Source: Pseudomonadota bacterium
GTDB taxonomy: Bacteria > UBA10199 > 2-02-FULL-44-16 > DYJF01
NCBI GenBank assembly: GCA_043823065.1
Contig: JBDRBB010000009.1
Location: 64,001 to 128,000, forward strand
Length of the DNA: 64,000 bases
Direction: 5' to 3'
A program made the translations under genes and the position numbers. The stretch's first letter is position 1; every line of letters begins with the position of its first letter. Positions 30,947 to 40,317 of this stretch are shown piece after piece. Below the pieces are notes generated by a model. It was given only the letters and a program-made list of their open reading frames with translations, did no database searches and was not told the DNA's origin.

Positions 30947-33772
30947 ATGCCGCCAGGAGATATCATTGTTAAAGGTGCGAAAACGCACAATCTCAAGAAT
31001 ATTGACGTTCAAATTCCTCGGGGAAAATTAGTGGTGGTCACTGGTCTTTCTGGTTCTGGAAAATCCAGCCTGGCCTTTGATACGATTTACGCCGAAGGCC
31101 AGCGCCGGTATGTGGAATCTCTTTCTGCTTATGCTCGCCAGTTTTTGGAGCAAATGGACAAGCCGGATGTAGATTCAATTGAGGGTTTATCCCCAGCTAT
31201 TTCTATTGAACAAAGAAACAGCTCCAGAAATCCCCGTTCTACTGTTGGCACTTCCACGGAAATTTATGATTATTTGCGCCTGCTTTTTGCTAGGATTGGC
31301 AAGCCCCATTGCTATAAATGCGGCCGGCCAATAGCTGCTCAAACTGTTTCGCAGATGGTTGATCAAATATTAGATCTTCCCCAAGACACTAAAATCGTTA
31401 TTTATGCCCCAATTGTTCAAGGTCGCAAAGGCGAATATGTTAAAGAACTAAAAATCTTGGCAAAACAGGGATTTTTACGCGTACGAATCGATCAGCAAAT
31501 GTATGAATTAAGTGAAGAGATTAAATTAGATAAGAAAAAAAAGCATGATATTGATCTCATAATTGATCGTTTGCAGGTTAAGCCAAACGTCAAGTCCAGG
31601 CTAGCTGATTCATTGGAGACTGGGCTTAAATTTGGCAATGGTTTGGTAAAAGTTGAAGGCTCTTCAGCGCCTCTTTTGCTTTCTGAAAAACACGCATGTG
31701 TATATTGCCAAGTTTCTTATCCAGAAATTTCACCCCAGATGTTTAGCTTTAACAGTCCCAAGGGAGCTTGCCAGGCCTGCGATGGTTTAGGCACGCGCCA
31801 GTATTTTGATCCTGATTTGATTATTCCCAACAAAAATCTTTCTTTAAGAGATGGAGCAATTATTCCTTGGCAGAGCAAGACTTCAACCCACTATATTAAT
31901 ATTTGTGAAGCATTGGCTAAGCATTATGGATTCAGCATCTATACTCCCTATAAAGATTTGCCGGACAAAATTAAATCTTTAATTCTGAATGGTTCTGGAG
32001 AAGAAAAAATTAACTTTTATTATGAAGAAGGAGAAGACCAGCGCCATTATTATAAGGCTCCGTTTGAAGGTGTGCTGGCTCAATTAGAAAAACGTTGGCA
32101 AGAAACCAGCTCCTACCACATTCGCCAAGATATTGAACGTTATATGAATTTTCAAGCCTGTCCTGACTGCCATGGCGCCAGGTTAAGAAATGAAAGTTTA
32201 TATGTTTTGATTGCAGCAAAAAATATTGCTCAAATAACAAATTTTTCCATTAAACAGGCCTTGGTTTTTTTAAAGAGTTTGAACCTATCCAAAAAAGATG
32301 CGCTTATTGCTGATAAAATTTTAAAAGAGGTTCAAGAGCGTTTGGGTTTTTTAGTGGATGTGGGTCTGGATTATCTTACCCTAAATCGCGCTTCAGCTAG
32401 TTTAGCTGGTGGAGAAGATCAGCGTATTCGCTTGGCCAATCAAATTGGCTCTGCCTTAACTGGCGTGCTCTATGTTTTAGATGAACCTTCGATAGGTCTT
32501 CATTAGCGCGATAATGATCGTTTATTAAAAACTTTAATCAAGCTCAGAAATTTGGGTAATACGGTTTTGGTCGTTGAACATGATCGGGATACAATGTTGG
32601 CTGCTGATTACATAATAGACTTGGGTCCAGGTGCTGGTGTAAAAGGAGGATATGTAGTCGCCACAGGCACTCCGCAACAGATAGTTGCTAATCCCAAATC
32701 CTTAACCGGACTTTATCTTTCAGGTAAGAAGACTTTAGACGCACCCAAGAAAAGGCGCAGCTCAGATAAAAAGCTGCAAATTCTTAATGCTGCTGAACAT
32801 AATTTGAAAAATATCGATGTAGATATTCCTTTAGGCATGATTACTTGTATTACTGGTGTTTCTGGATCTGGAAAATCAACCCTAATCAATGACACATTAT
32901 ATAAAGGTTTGATGCAGAAGCTTTATCATTCCAAAGAACCTGCTGGCAAAATGGATGATTTGCTGGGTTGGCAACAATTAAATAAAGTAATTAATATTGA
33001 TCAATCGCCAATTGGCCGCACTCCGCGGTCTAATCCAAGCACTTATACCGGAGTTTTTACTTTTATTCGCGATCTTTTTTCTCAACTGCCCCAAGCTAAA
33101 GCGCGTGGTTATAAACCCGGACGTTTTTCCTTTAATGTTAAAGGCGGACGTTGTGAAGCTTGTGAAGGTGATGGCTTGATCAAAATTGAAATGCATTTTA
33201 TGCCAGATGTTTATGTGGAATGCGAAGTTTGCCGAGGTAAGCGTTTCAACCGAGAGACTTTGGAGATTGAATATAAGGGCTTATCCATTGCCGATGTTTT
33301 GGCCCTGACCGTTAATCAGGCCCATAAGTTTTTTGAAAACATACCCTCTATTCGTTATAAACTAGAAACTCTTTTAGATGTAGGTTTGGGTTATTTAACT
33401 CTTGGGCAATCTGCAACCACGCTTTCAGGTGGGGAGGCCCAAAGAATCAAAATATCCAAGGAGCTTTCCAGGCATGATACAGGCAGAACCTTGTATATTT
33501 TGGATGAACCAACTACAGGCCTGCATTTTGATGATGTGTTTAAACTATTAAATGTGTTAAACCATTTAGTGGACAGGGGAAATACGATCATAATTATTGA
33601 ACATAACCTTGACGTGATTAAATCTGCTGATTACTGTATCGACTTGGGGCCGGAGGGTGGAGATCTGGGAGGGCAAATTGTTTGCACAGGTACACCTGAA
33701 GAATTAGCAAAAAACAAAGGTTCCTATACTGGAAAGTATCTGCGCAAAGAGCTTAAAGTTAATGGACCATAG
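30947..33772 (+). pseudogene. uvrA: Excinuclease ABC subunit A interrupted by one in-frame TAG at 32504-32506 (nonsense allele, readthrough or sequence error)
   Basis: Track ORFs 30947-32506 and 32552-33772 share a frame and read DEPSIGLH*RDNDRLL; both Walker A motifs, zinc fingers and LSGGEAQR are present. Confidence 0.9.
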
Positions 33773-33800
33773 ACCATAGACCTTTTAGGTCCATGGTCAT
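33764..33800. repeat. Family C heptamer element overlapping the uvrA stop codon
   Basis: GGACCATAGACCATAGACC...GGTCCATGGTC. Confidence 0.8.
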
Positions 33801-33814
33801 TATTAGGGGGTTTT

Positions 33815-34891
33815 ATGAAATCAAAAGTAGTGATCGGGTTTATAGCATTATTTGTTGTTTTAGCTTTAGTTATGCCCAGTTTAGGTTTTGCCAAAAAAAG
33901 TAAAGTCAAGGAAGCGGTTTACACAGGTCCAATGGCCAGGCAATTTGACCAAACCATTGCTCTTAGTAATGGTGTTTCAGCCACCATCACTATTGTGGCT
34001 GATCAAAGTCAGGAAGAACTGGTTTTAGCCACTATTAGCCGTTTGTTGGGCCAGGCCTCCCAGCTTGATGCAGAACTTAACAGCCCTGCTAACGGAGATA
34101 TTGTAAGAATTAATAAATTAACCAATTCCCAACAGGCCAAAATCAGTAATTACACCTTTGATTTAATTTCCAAAGCAAAAAATTTAGCAGCTCTGACCAA
34201 TGGCTGGTTTGACATTGTTGCTACTACAGATAAGGGTTTTTTTGCTCCTAAAGATTATCGCAAATTAAAACTTGATCAGGAAGAACATACTTTTGCTTTT
34301 AAAAGTAAAAATATGCAGCTGGATATGCATAATATTTGGCCCGCTTATTTAACAGATCTGTTGATGCAAGAAATTGTTAAAGCAGGATATGCTAATGCCA
34401 AAGTGGAGGTTGGTACTACCAGTAAAAATGTTGGTAAAGATATCTATACCCCCTGGACAGTGTCCATTGGTTTACAGGAGACAGGTGGAAAATCACAATA
34501 TGCCCATCGAACCTATGCCTATTCTTTTACCAATAAAGCAGTGGCTGAGCTTACCCCAACCAGTTTTGCTGCACCTTTAATTGATCCAAAATCCAAAAAA
34601 GAAGTTGAAGCAAATTTTAGAAATGTAACTGTATTTGCCCAAGATGCCATGACTGCTCAAGCCTTGGCTATTGCGCTATATACTATTGGTCCAAAAGGAG
34701 CAGTGCCGTTTATTGAAAAACATCCAGAGATCAAGGTGATTTGCGTGAATAACAAGGGAGAGTTTGTAACTTCAAAAGGTTTGCAAATTAATCCTTATGA
34801 TCATTCAGCTAATGATCTGGCCACTACCACGGCCCAGGATTTGGGTCCAACTGATCAGAAACTGCGTGAAAAAGAAGAATTAGAAAATTGA
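33815..34891 (+). CDS. Exported ApbE-fold (FAD:protein FMN transferase-like) protein, degenerate
   Basis: GDIVRIN, LTNGWFDI, LIDPK, NVTVFAQDAMTAQALA; canonical GGIAKG, TSG and HIIDP motifs absent. Confidence 0.75.
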   Translation: MKSKVVIGFIALFVVLALVMPSLGFAKKSKVKEAVYTGPMARQFDQTIALSNGVSATITIVADQSQEELVLATISRLLGQASQLDAELNSPANGDIVRINKLTNSQQAKISNYTFDLISKAKNLAALTNGWFDIVATTDKGFFAPKDYRKLKLDQEEHTFAFKSKNMQLDMHNIWPAYLTDLLMQEIVKAGYANAKVEVGTTSKNVGKDIYTPWTVSIGLQETGGKSQYAHRTYAYSFTNKAVAELTPTSFAAPLIDPKSKKEVEANFRNVTVFAQDAMTAQALAIALYTIGPKGAVPFIEKHPEIKVICVNNKGEFVTSKGLQINPYDHSANDLATTTAQDLGPTDQKLREKEELEN

Positions 34892-34904
34892 GCTTTTCCT
34901 ATTT

Positions 34905-35807
34905 ATGAAAATTAATTTTTTAAGATTTTTACCGGGTGTTTTTATCTTAGCGCTGTTAGGTCAGGTCAGTCAGGCCTCTGATATTAAGCAATATTCCAAG
35001 CAATTTCAGTTGGCGCCAAATATTAGTGGCGCCATGATCATTGTAGGTTATGTTGCAGATGAAAAAGATATTAACAAGTTGATGGACTCTGTTGTAGAAG
35101 AGGCCAAACACACCTATTTGCTTCTGGATGCAAATAGTTCCTTAAGTCAGGTGGGGCAGGTTAATGCTGCTGCTGGTAAGAAGGACGGCGTAAAAGTAAA
35201 TTGGCAGGTTTTAGATGCTTTTAAATCAGCTCAAAGTATTTCCAAGTGGACGGGTGGTGTTTTTGATATTGTGGATGGAAAAAATTCTTATCGCAATATT
35301 GAAATTGATGCCAAAAATTCTACCATCCGGTTAATGCGCACTAATATGCAGGTGAACTTTCAAGAAGTAATGGATGGTTTACTGGCAGATTATATGATGC
35401 GCTTAATTCAAGCTTCTGGCATGAAAAATGCCTTGCTCAAGGTTGGCACGGTTTTTCGGGGTATAGGCAATTCTGTTAATGGTACTTGGAAAATTGAAAT
35501 TCAGGAAAATTTCGCTTCTAGTGTTCAGCATGCCTTAAAATTAAGTGTGATTAATTCTGCTATTGCCGCAATTAGCGCTACAGATAATAAATACCGTACG
35601 GTAAAAGATTATCGTACTGGTAAAAGCTCTAATCCAGGATGTAAAGGCGTGGTTTTGGTCATGAATACAGCAGTGTTTGCCCAAGGTGTGGCCCAAGCTG
35701 TTTATGTCATGGGACCGCAGGAAGGTTCTAAATTTTTGGATGAATTTATCAAGGCTCGGGGTTTAATTGTAGATGCTAATGGTCAATTCATAAAAAAGGG
35801 AATGTAG
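34905..35807 (+). CDS. Second exported ApbE-fold protein, degenerate
   Basis: SQVGQVNAAAG, WTGGVFDI, DYRTG, AQGVAQAVYVMG; catalytic motifs absent. Confidence 0.72.
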   Translation: MKINFLRFLPGVFILALLGQVSQASDIKQYSKQFQLAPNISGAMIIVGYVADEKDINKLMDSVVEEAKHTYLLLDANSSLSQVGQVNAAAGKKDGVKVNWQVLDAFKSAQSISKWTGGVFDIVDGKNSYRNIEIDAKNSTIRLMRTNMQVNFQEVMDGLLADYMMRLIQASGMKNALLKVGTVFRGIGNSVNGTWKIEIQENFASSVQHALKLSVINSAIAAISATDNKYRTVKDYRTGKSSNPGCKGVVLVMNTAVFAQGVAQAVYVMGPQEGSKFLDEFIKARGLIVDANGQFIKKGM

Positions 35808-36764
35808 ATGACTAAAAAACCTAGTATCGCCATAGCTCTTGGTGGCAATGCCATTAGCAAACCAGGTATGCGGGGAGGAGATGATATACCTGAACAGTTT
35901 TATGCTACCAGAGAGAGCATGCAGCATGTAGCTGATTTAGCGGCCAATGGTTATGAAAAAATTTTAATTGTTCATGGCAATGGACCGCAAGTTGGCAGTG
36001 CTATTTTGCGCTCTGAATTGGCATCAGGTGCGGTATATCCCTTGCCTATGGATATTTGCGTAGCTGATACCCAAGGTGGCATGGGTTATATGATTCAGCA
36101 GGTGCTCATTAATTGTTTACGCGAGAGGCAGATCAAAAAACCTGTGGTTTCGCTGGTAACTCAAGTATATGTTGATGCTCATGATCCTGCTTTTGATAAT
36201 CCAGTTAAACCAATTGGCATGTTTTATACCAGAAAAAGAGCCAAAGAATTAATGGCTGCTAAAAGATGGTCGCTTAAGGAAGATGCTGGCCGAGGTTGGC
36301 GAAGAGTGGTTGCTTCACCCAATCCAATAGATGTGGTAGAAAAAGAATCTATTAAACTGCTTTTTGATAATAAACATATTGTGATTGCTGCTGGCGGGGG
36401 TGGAGTACCAATTAGTCGTAATCGACATGACAAATTTTACGGTATTGAGGCTGTGGTAGATAAAGATCGTTCAAGTGCTTTATTGGCAAATGAGGTTGGG
36501 GTAGATATTTTGCTGATTATGACAAGCGTGGAATTTGCCTATATTAATTACCAAACTCCAAAACAAAAGGCTTTAACCAATGTTAAGGCCGCGGAACTTA
36601 AGGCTTATTTAGAAGCTGGAGAGTTTGCCATAGGTAGTATGAGGCCTAAAATTGAGGCTTGCCTCAATTTTTTGGAACAAGGGGGAAAACAAGCCATTAT
36701 AACTTCTATTCCTAAGTGTCTGGCTGCTTTAAGGGGGAAAACAGGCACTCATGTCAGGCCCTAG
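35808..36764 (+). CDS. arcC: Carbamate kinase
   Basis: ALGGNA, HGNGPQVG, KPIG, GWRRVVASP, GGGGVP, EAVVDKD, GSMRPK. Confidence 0.95.
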   Translation: MTKKPSIAIALGGNAISKPGMRGGDDIPEQFYATRESMQHVADLAANGYEKILIVHGNGPQVGSAILRSELASGAVYPLPMDICVADTQGGMGYMIQQVLINCLRERQIKKPVVSLVTQVYVDAHDPAFDNPVKPIGMFYTRKRAKELMAAKRWSLKEDAGRGWRRVVASPNPIDVVEKESIKLLFDNKHIVIAAGGGGVPISRNRHDKFYGIEAVVDKDRSSALLANEVGVDILLIMTSVEFAYINYQTPKQKALTNVKAAELKAYLEAGEFAIGSMRPKIEACLNFLEQGGKQAIITSIPKCLAALRGKTGTHVRP

Positions 36765-36841
36765 TTTTTTTATTTGACATTTACTCTGATTTTCGGATTT
36801 ACACTCCATGAGTCTGAACCATGTTCATGGAGGTTTTTGTT

Positions 36842-36997
36842 ATGAATAATATGAACGACTTTGATTTTGAAAATCCTGAGACCTGTCCAAATTGCGGCCA
36901 ATTTGTGGGCGAAGAAAACAGCTGTCCTCATTGCGGAGCTATTTTGTTTAATGAAGACGAGATGGACAATTTTGACGACGATAGCGAAGAGTTCTAA
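36842..36997 (+). CDS. Small acidic zinc-ribbon protein (51 aa; absent from ORF track)
   Basis: GGAGG 8 nt upstream; MNNMNDFDFENPETCPNCGQFVGEENSCPHCGAILFNEDEMDNFDDDSEEF with two CPxCG motifs. Confidence 0.8.
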   Translation: MNNMNDFDFENPETCPNCGQFVGEENSCPHCGAILFNEDEMDNFDDDSEEF

Positions 36998-37005
36998 AGC
37001 ATGAA

Positions 37006-37090
37006 GCGAGGGTGGCGGAATTGGCAGACGCGCAAGATTCAGGATCTTGTGGCCGTGAAGGCTATAGGGGTTCAAATCCCCTCTCTCGCA
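37006..37090 (+). tRNA. tRNA-Leu (anticodon CAG)
   Basis: Acceptor GCGAGGG/CTCTCGC; D-arm GGAATTGGCAGAC; anticodon arm CAAGA-TTCAGGA-TCTTG; long variable arm; T-arm AGGGG-TTCAAAT-CCCCT; CCA not encoded. Confidence 0.96.
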
Positions 37091-37092
37091 CA

Positions 37093-39681
37093 ATGATGTT
37101 TCTTTCTATTCTTTCAACTTGTTTTCGCCTAATCAAAATAATTTTAACAATTATTAGTGGTTTGATTTTGTTGATCACTACAGCTTTTGTGGCGGTTTAT
37201 TTTTATTATGCCAAAGAGCTGCCAGATATTAAATCAGCTGAAGATTATCAACCTCCTGTTCTAAGCCAGGTTAAAGCTGGTGATGGCCAAGTAATTGGCG
37301 AGTTTTGGACCGAATGCCGCATTTTTTTACAGTTTGAAAAAATACCTCCACTTTTAAGGCAGGCGTTTGTTGCAGCTGAAGATCAAAGATTTTTTGAACA
37401 TCGCGGCGTTGATATTCGTTCTATTGTCAGGGCATTTAAGGCTAATTTAAAAGCTGGCGAAGTCACTCAAGGCGGCAGCACCATTACCCAACAAATTACC
37501 AGATCAATTCTTTTGTCTAGCGAACGCACTATTGATCGTAAAATAAAGGAAGCAATTCTAGCTACGCGTTTGGAGAGGCGCTTGGATAAAGAGCAAATTT
37601 TGACCCTTTATCTGAATCAAATTTATTTAGGTAATCGCGCTTATGGTGTAGGGGCGGCAGCTAGAAATTATTTTCATAAAAATGTTGATGAATTAAATTT
37701 AGCAGAAATTGCTTTATTGGCAGCCCTGCCATCTGCGCCAAATTTATTTTCACCACTAAATAATCCAGATAAAGCCAGAGAGCGGCAAAGTCATGTTCTA
37801 AATCGGATGCTTACGGAAAAAATAATTACATCTGCTCAAATGCAACAAGCCTTAGAACAAAAACTCAATATTTATGTTGCTGGCATTGATAAAGATTTCA
37901 CTGTTCCAGAAGCTGCCTATTTTGTGGAAGAAGTTAGGCGTTTGGTTAAAGAAAATTATGGAGATAAAGCATTATATAAAGGCGGTTTGAAAATTTATAC
38001 TGGTTTAAATCTGGACATGCAGAAAGCAGCTTATCAAGCGGTGCATCAGGGATTAGAAAAGATTGCTAAGCGACAGGGGTGGACAGGACCTGTTGACTAT
38101 GTAGAACCTAAAGATATTGAAAAAAAAGCAGCAGAAATTGCCAGCCAAATTTCTAAGCAGCAACCTGGAGATTATATTGTTTGGCCAGCTGACATTAGTA
38201 ATCAAGAAATAACAAAATTGGTTTTAGATGAGACAAAACCATATCAAGCTATTGTGGTAGGATTTATTGGTGACGACACTCAGGTCTTGGTAGGAAATGT
38301 GGCAGGTATTATTCCAAAAGAGAATTTAAAATGGGCGCGTGAGTTTTCCAATAAAAGAGCAAATTATGATGATGCCAGCTTTATCTCTGATCCCCGGCGC
38401 ATTTTAAGGGTAGGTGATATTGTTTGGGTAAAGTATATTGCAGGCGCAGAATTTGCCTTGTTTCAGCCGCCAGAAGTTCAAGCAGCTATTTTTGCCATAG
38501 ATCCATATTCAGGTGAAGTTAAAGCCATGATAGGTGGCTATGATTTTAAGCAAAGCGAATTCAATCGTTCTATCCAATCTTTGCGTCAACCAGGCTCTGC
38601 TTTCAAACCTTTTGTTTATGCTGCAGCTTTAGACAAAGGATATAATTATGAAACTCAGATTTTAGATATGCCAGTGGAATATATTTTAGGAAACGGCCAA
38701 ATTTGGCGCCCTAAAAATTATGGAGACTATAAAGGCCCAACCAGTTTTCGCAATGCCCTGGTTTTTTCCAGAAACATTCCAACTGTAAAAATAGTGGCAG
38801 ATATTGGCACTGATTATTTAACTGCTTATGCCAGAAAACTTGGTCTTACCTCACCTTTGGATAAATATCTTTCCATGGCTTTAGGCGCTAATGGTGTATC
38901 TTTAAGCGAGATGGTGCCAGCTTATGCAACTTTCTTAAATAATGGAAAATATAGGGAGCCAATTTATATTCGCAAGATCATTGATGCCAAAGGGCAGGTT
39001 TTACAGGCAGTTAAACCTAGTAAATATCAAGAACTAATAACACCAAAAGCTGAGGCTGTGAAAATGAGCGCAGCTGCTGATAATGTTAAGTTAAATTCCA
39101 AATTATTTGAACAAAATAAAGTTTGGTTGGAAAAAGATAAATTAAATCTTACAGAAAATGAGCTGAAAATTTTGTATGGAGATGAAATCCCAGAAGGACA
39201 TGTTATCACACCTCAAACCGCCTATCTGATGGTTAATCTCTTAAAAGGTGTAGTTGAGGGTGGGACAGGCACCAGGGTTAGAGAACTAAAACGACCTGCT
39301 GCTGGTAAAACCGGTACTACTAATGATGAAACAGACACTTGGTTTATTGGTTTTGTTCCAGATCTGGTGGCTGGGGTTTGGGTTGGTTTTGATGAGATTA
39401 AACCAATTGGACGCAAGGAAACAGGAGGGCGCACTGCAGCCCCAATCTTTGTGGATTTTATGCAGGAAGCAGTTCAGGGTTTTGAAGCCAAAAATTTTGA
39501 GCGACCTGCCCATTTTCCTGGTGGAGATATGGCAACTTTAATTGGCGGGTCAGCAGTTTTTGGCCCGCGTGATTATTTTGAAGATTTTTCAGTTGAGGAA
39601 AATGCAGATCGAGCAGGTGTCTTCTTTGAAGAAGACCTAGAAGAATACTCAACTGACCAGCCTGGTAACCCCTTAGAATAA
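37093..39681 (+). CDS. mrcA: Penicillin-binding protein 1A (class A)
   Basis: AAEDQRFFEH, GGSTITQQ, RKIKE, YLNQIYLG; GSAFKP, SRN, KTGTT; start placed after the tRNA. Confidence 0.95.
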   Translation: MMFLSILSTCFRLIKIILTIISGLILLITTAFVAVYFYYAKELPDIKSAEDYQPPVLSQVKAGDGQVIGEFWTECRIFLQFEKIPPLLRQAFVAAEDQRFFEHRGVDIRSIVRAFKANLKAGEVTQGGSTITQQITRSILLSSERTIDRKIKEAILATRLERRLDKEQILTLYLNQIYLGNRAYGVGAAARNYFHKNVDELNLAEIALLAALPSAPNLFSPLNNPDKARERQSHVLNRMLTEKIITSAQMQQALEQKLNIYVAGIDKDFTVPEAAYFVEEVRRLVKENYGDKALYKGGLKIYTGLNLDMQKAAYQAVHQGLEKIAKRQGWTGPVDYVEPKDIEKKAAEIASQISKQQPGDYIVWPADISNQEITKLVLDETKPYQAIVVGFIGDDTQVLVGNVAGIIPKENLKWAREFSNKRANYDDASFISDPRRILRVGDIVWVKYIAGAEFALFQPPEVQAAIFAIDPYSGEVKAMIGGYDFKQSEFNRSIQSLRQPGSAFKPFVYAAALDKGYNYETQILDMPVEYILGNGQIWRPKNYGDYKGPTSFRNALVFSRNIPTVKIVADIGTDYLTAYARKLGLTSPLDKYLSMALGANGVSLSEMVPAYATFLNNGKYREPIYIRKIIDAKGQVLQAVKPSKYQELITPKAEAVKMSAAADNVKLNSKLFEQNKVWLEKDKLNLTENELKILYGDEIPEGHVITPQTAYLMVNLLKGVVEGGTGTRVRELKRPAAGKTGTTNDETDTWFIGFVPDLVAGVWVGFDEIKPIGRKETGGRTAAPIFVDFMQEAVQGFEAKNFERPAHFPGGDMATLIGGSAVFGPRDYFEDFSVEENADRAGVFFEEDLEEYSTDQPGNPLE

Positions 39682-39759
39682 CAAGCATTTTAAACTCGCC
39701 ATTCTTTTTTGTCGCATAATTTGGTATAATTTAAACAAAGACCTGAAAGGGGGATAAGT

Positions 39760-39945
39760 ATGCACAAAAAAAATAGTATGGTCAGTACGTTAGGCCGGCA
39801 ACAATCCCAAATTGGGTGGCGCCCAGTTTCTAGGCAACGTAAAATCGATACATTAGGAGAATTAACCCAGCTTCATATGAGTATCGGCAAAGGCCATCAC
39901 TTTGCCAGATCTTTTAAGGGGCATGATAAACATTGGCGAGGATAA
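39760..39945 (+). CDS. Small basic hypothetical protein (61 aa)
   Basis: TATAAT and GAAAGGGG RBS upstream; stop abuts the convergent gene. Confidence 0.45.
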   Translation: MHKKNSMVSTLGRQQSQIGWRPVSRQRKIDTLGELTQLHMSIGKGHHFARSFKGHDKHWRG

Positions 39946-39946
39946 A

Positions 39947-40243
39947 TTAATCAATATAACCAAGGGATTTTAGTTTTTCTTTAATTATCTTCAAATCTTC
40001 CGGCCTTAGTTTTTCTTTAACCGGCAATTCGCACAAAGGATGTTGAATTCTACCCCATTTGCAATGTTCCCAAATACGTTCATGAAAATAGTATAAAATT
40101 ATACGGATAGTATGAAAGATTAAGGTAATTGCGGTCATTTCTTTCCAAGACCCGGTTATCCAATAGGTAATAGCGCCCAAGATAATTATGCCGATTATTC
40201 TCCAGGTAACAGATTTTACCCACGAGCGTATTTTGGTGTCCAT
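39947..40243 (-). CDS. DUF2061-like small membrane protein
   Basis: RSWVKSVTWRI...LYYFHERIW...WG; ATG 40243 with AAGGAG. Confidence 0.82.
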   Translation of the reverse strand: MDTKIRSWVKSVTWRIIGIIILGAITYWITGSWKEMTAITLIFHTIRIILYYFHERIWEHCKWGRIQHPLCELPVKEKLRPEDLKIIKEKLKSLGYID

Positions 40244-40267
40244 GCTATTTTTCTCCTTTAGGCAAAT

Positions 40268-40297
40268 AAAAAACCCTCCGTTTAGGCGGAGGGTTTT
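40268..40297 (-). terminator. Intrinsic terminator
   Basis: AAAACCCTCCG-loop-CGGAGGGTTTT with T-tract on the minus strand after the lipoprotein gene. Confidence 0.8.
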
Positions 40298-40317
40298 CTT
40301 ATAGCACATTCTATAGC

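Noticed and set aside
32504..32506. Genome-wide TAG reassignment
   Set aside because: TAG ends many genes here at expected C-termini (fprA-operon genes, rarD, pdxA, arcC, moaC), and no other conserved gene shows an internal TAG
35808..36764. Arginine deiminase operon
   Set aside because: Only carbamate kinase is present; no arcA or arcB in the window
37006..37090. tRNA as an integration site for an island
   Set aside because: No integrase and no duplicated tRNA 3' end seen; flanking genes are housekeeping
37012..37092. N-terminal extension of PBP1A in the ORF track
   Set aside because: It is a translation of the tRNA-Leu gene; the plausible start is 37093 or 37096
36770..37093. 107-aa minus-strand ORF
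   Set aside because: Antisense to the tRNA and the zinc-ribbon gene; shadow ORF
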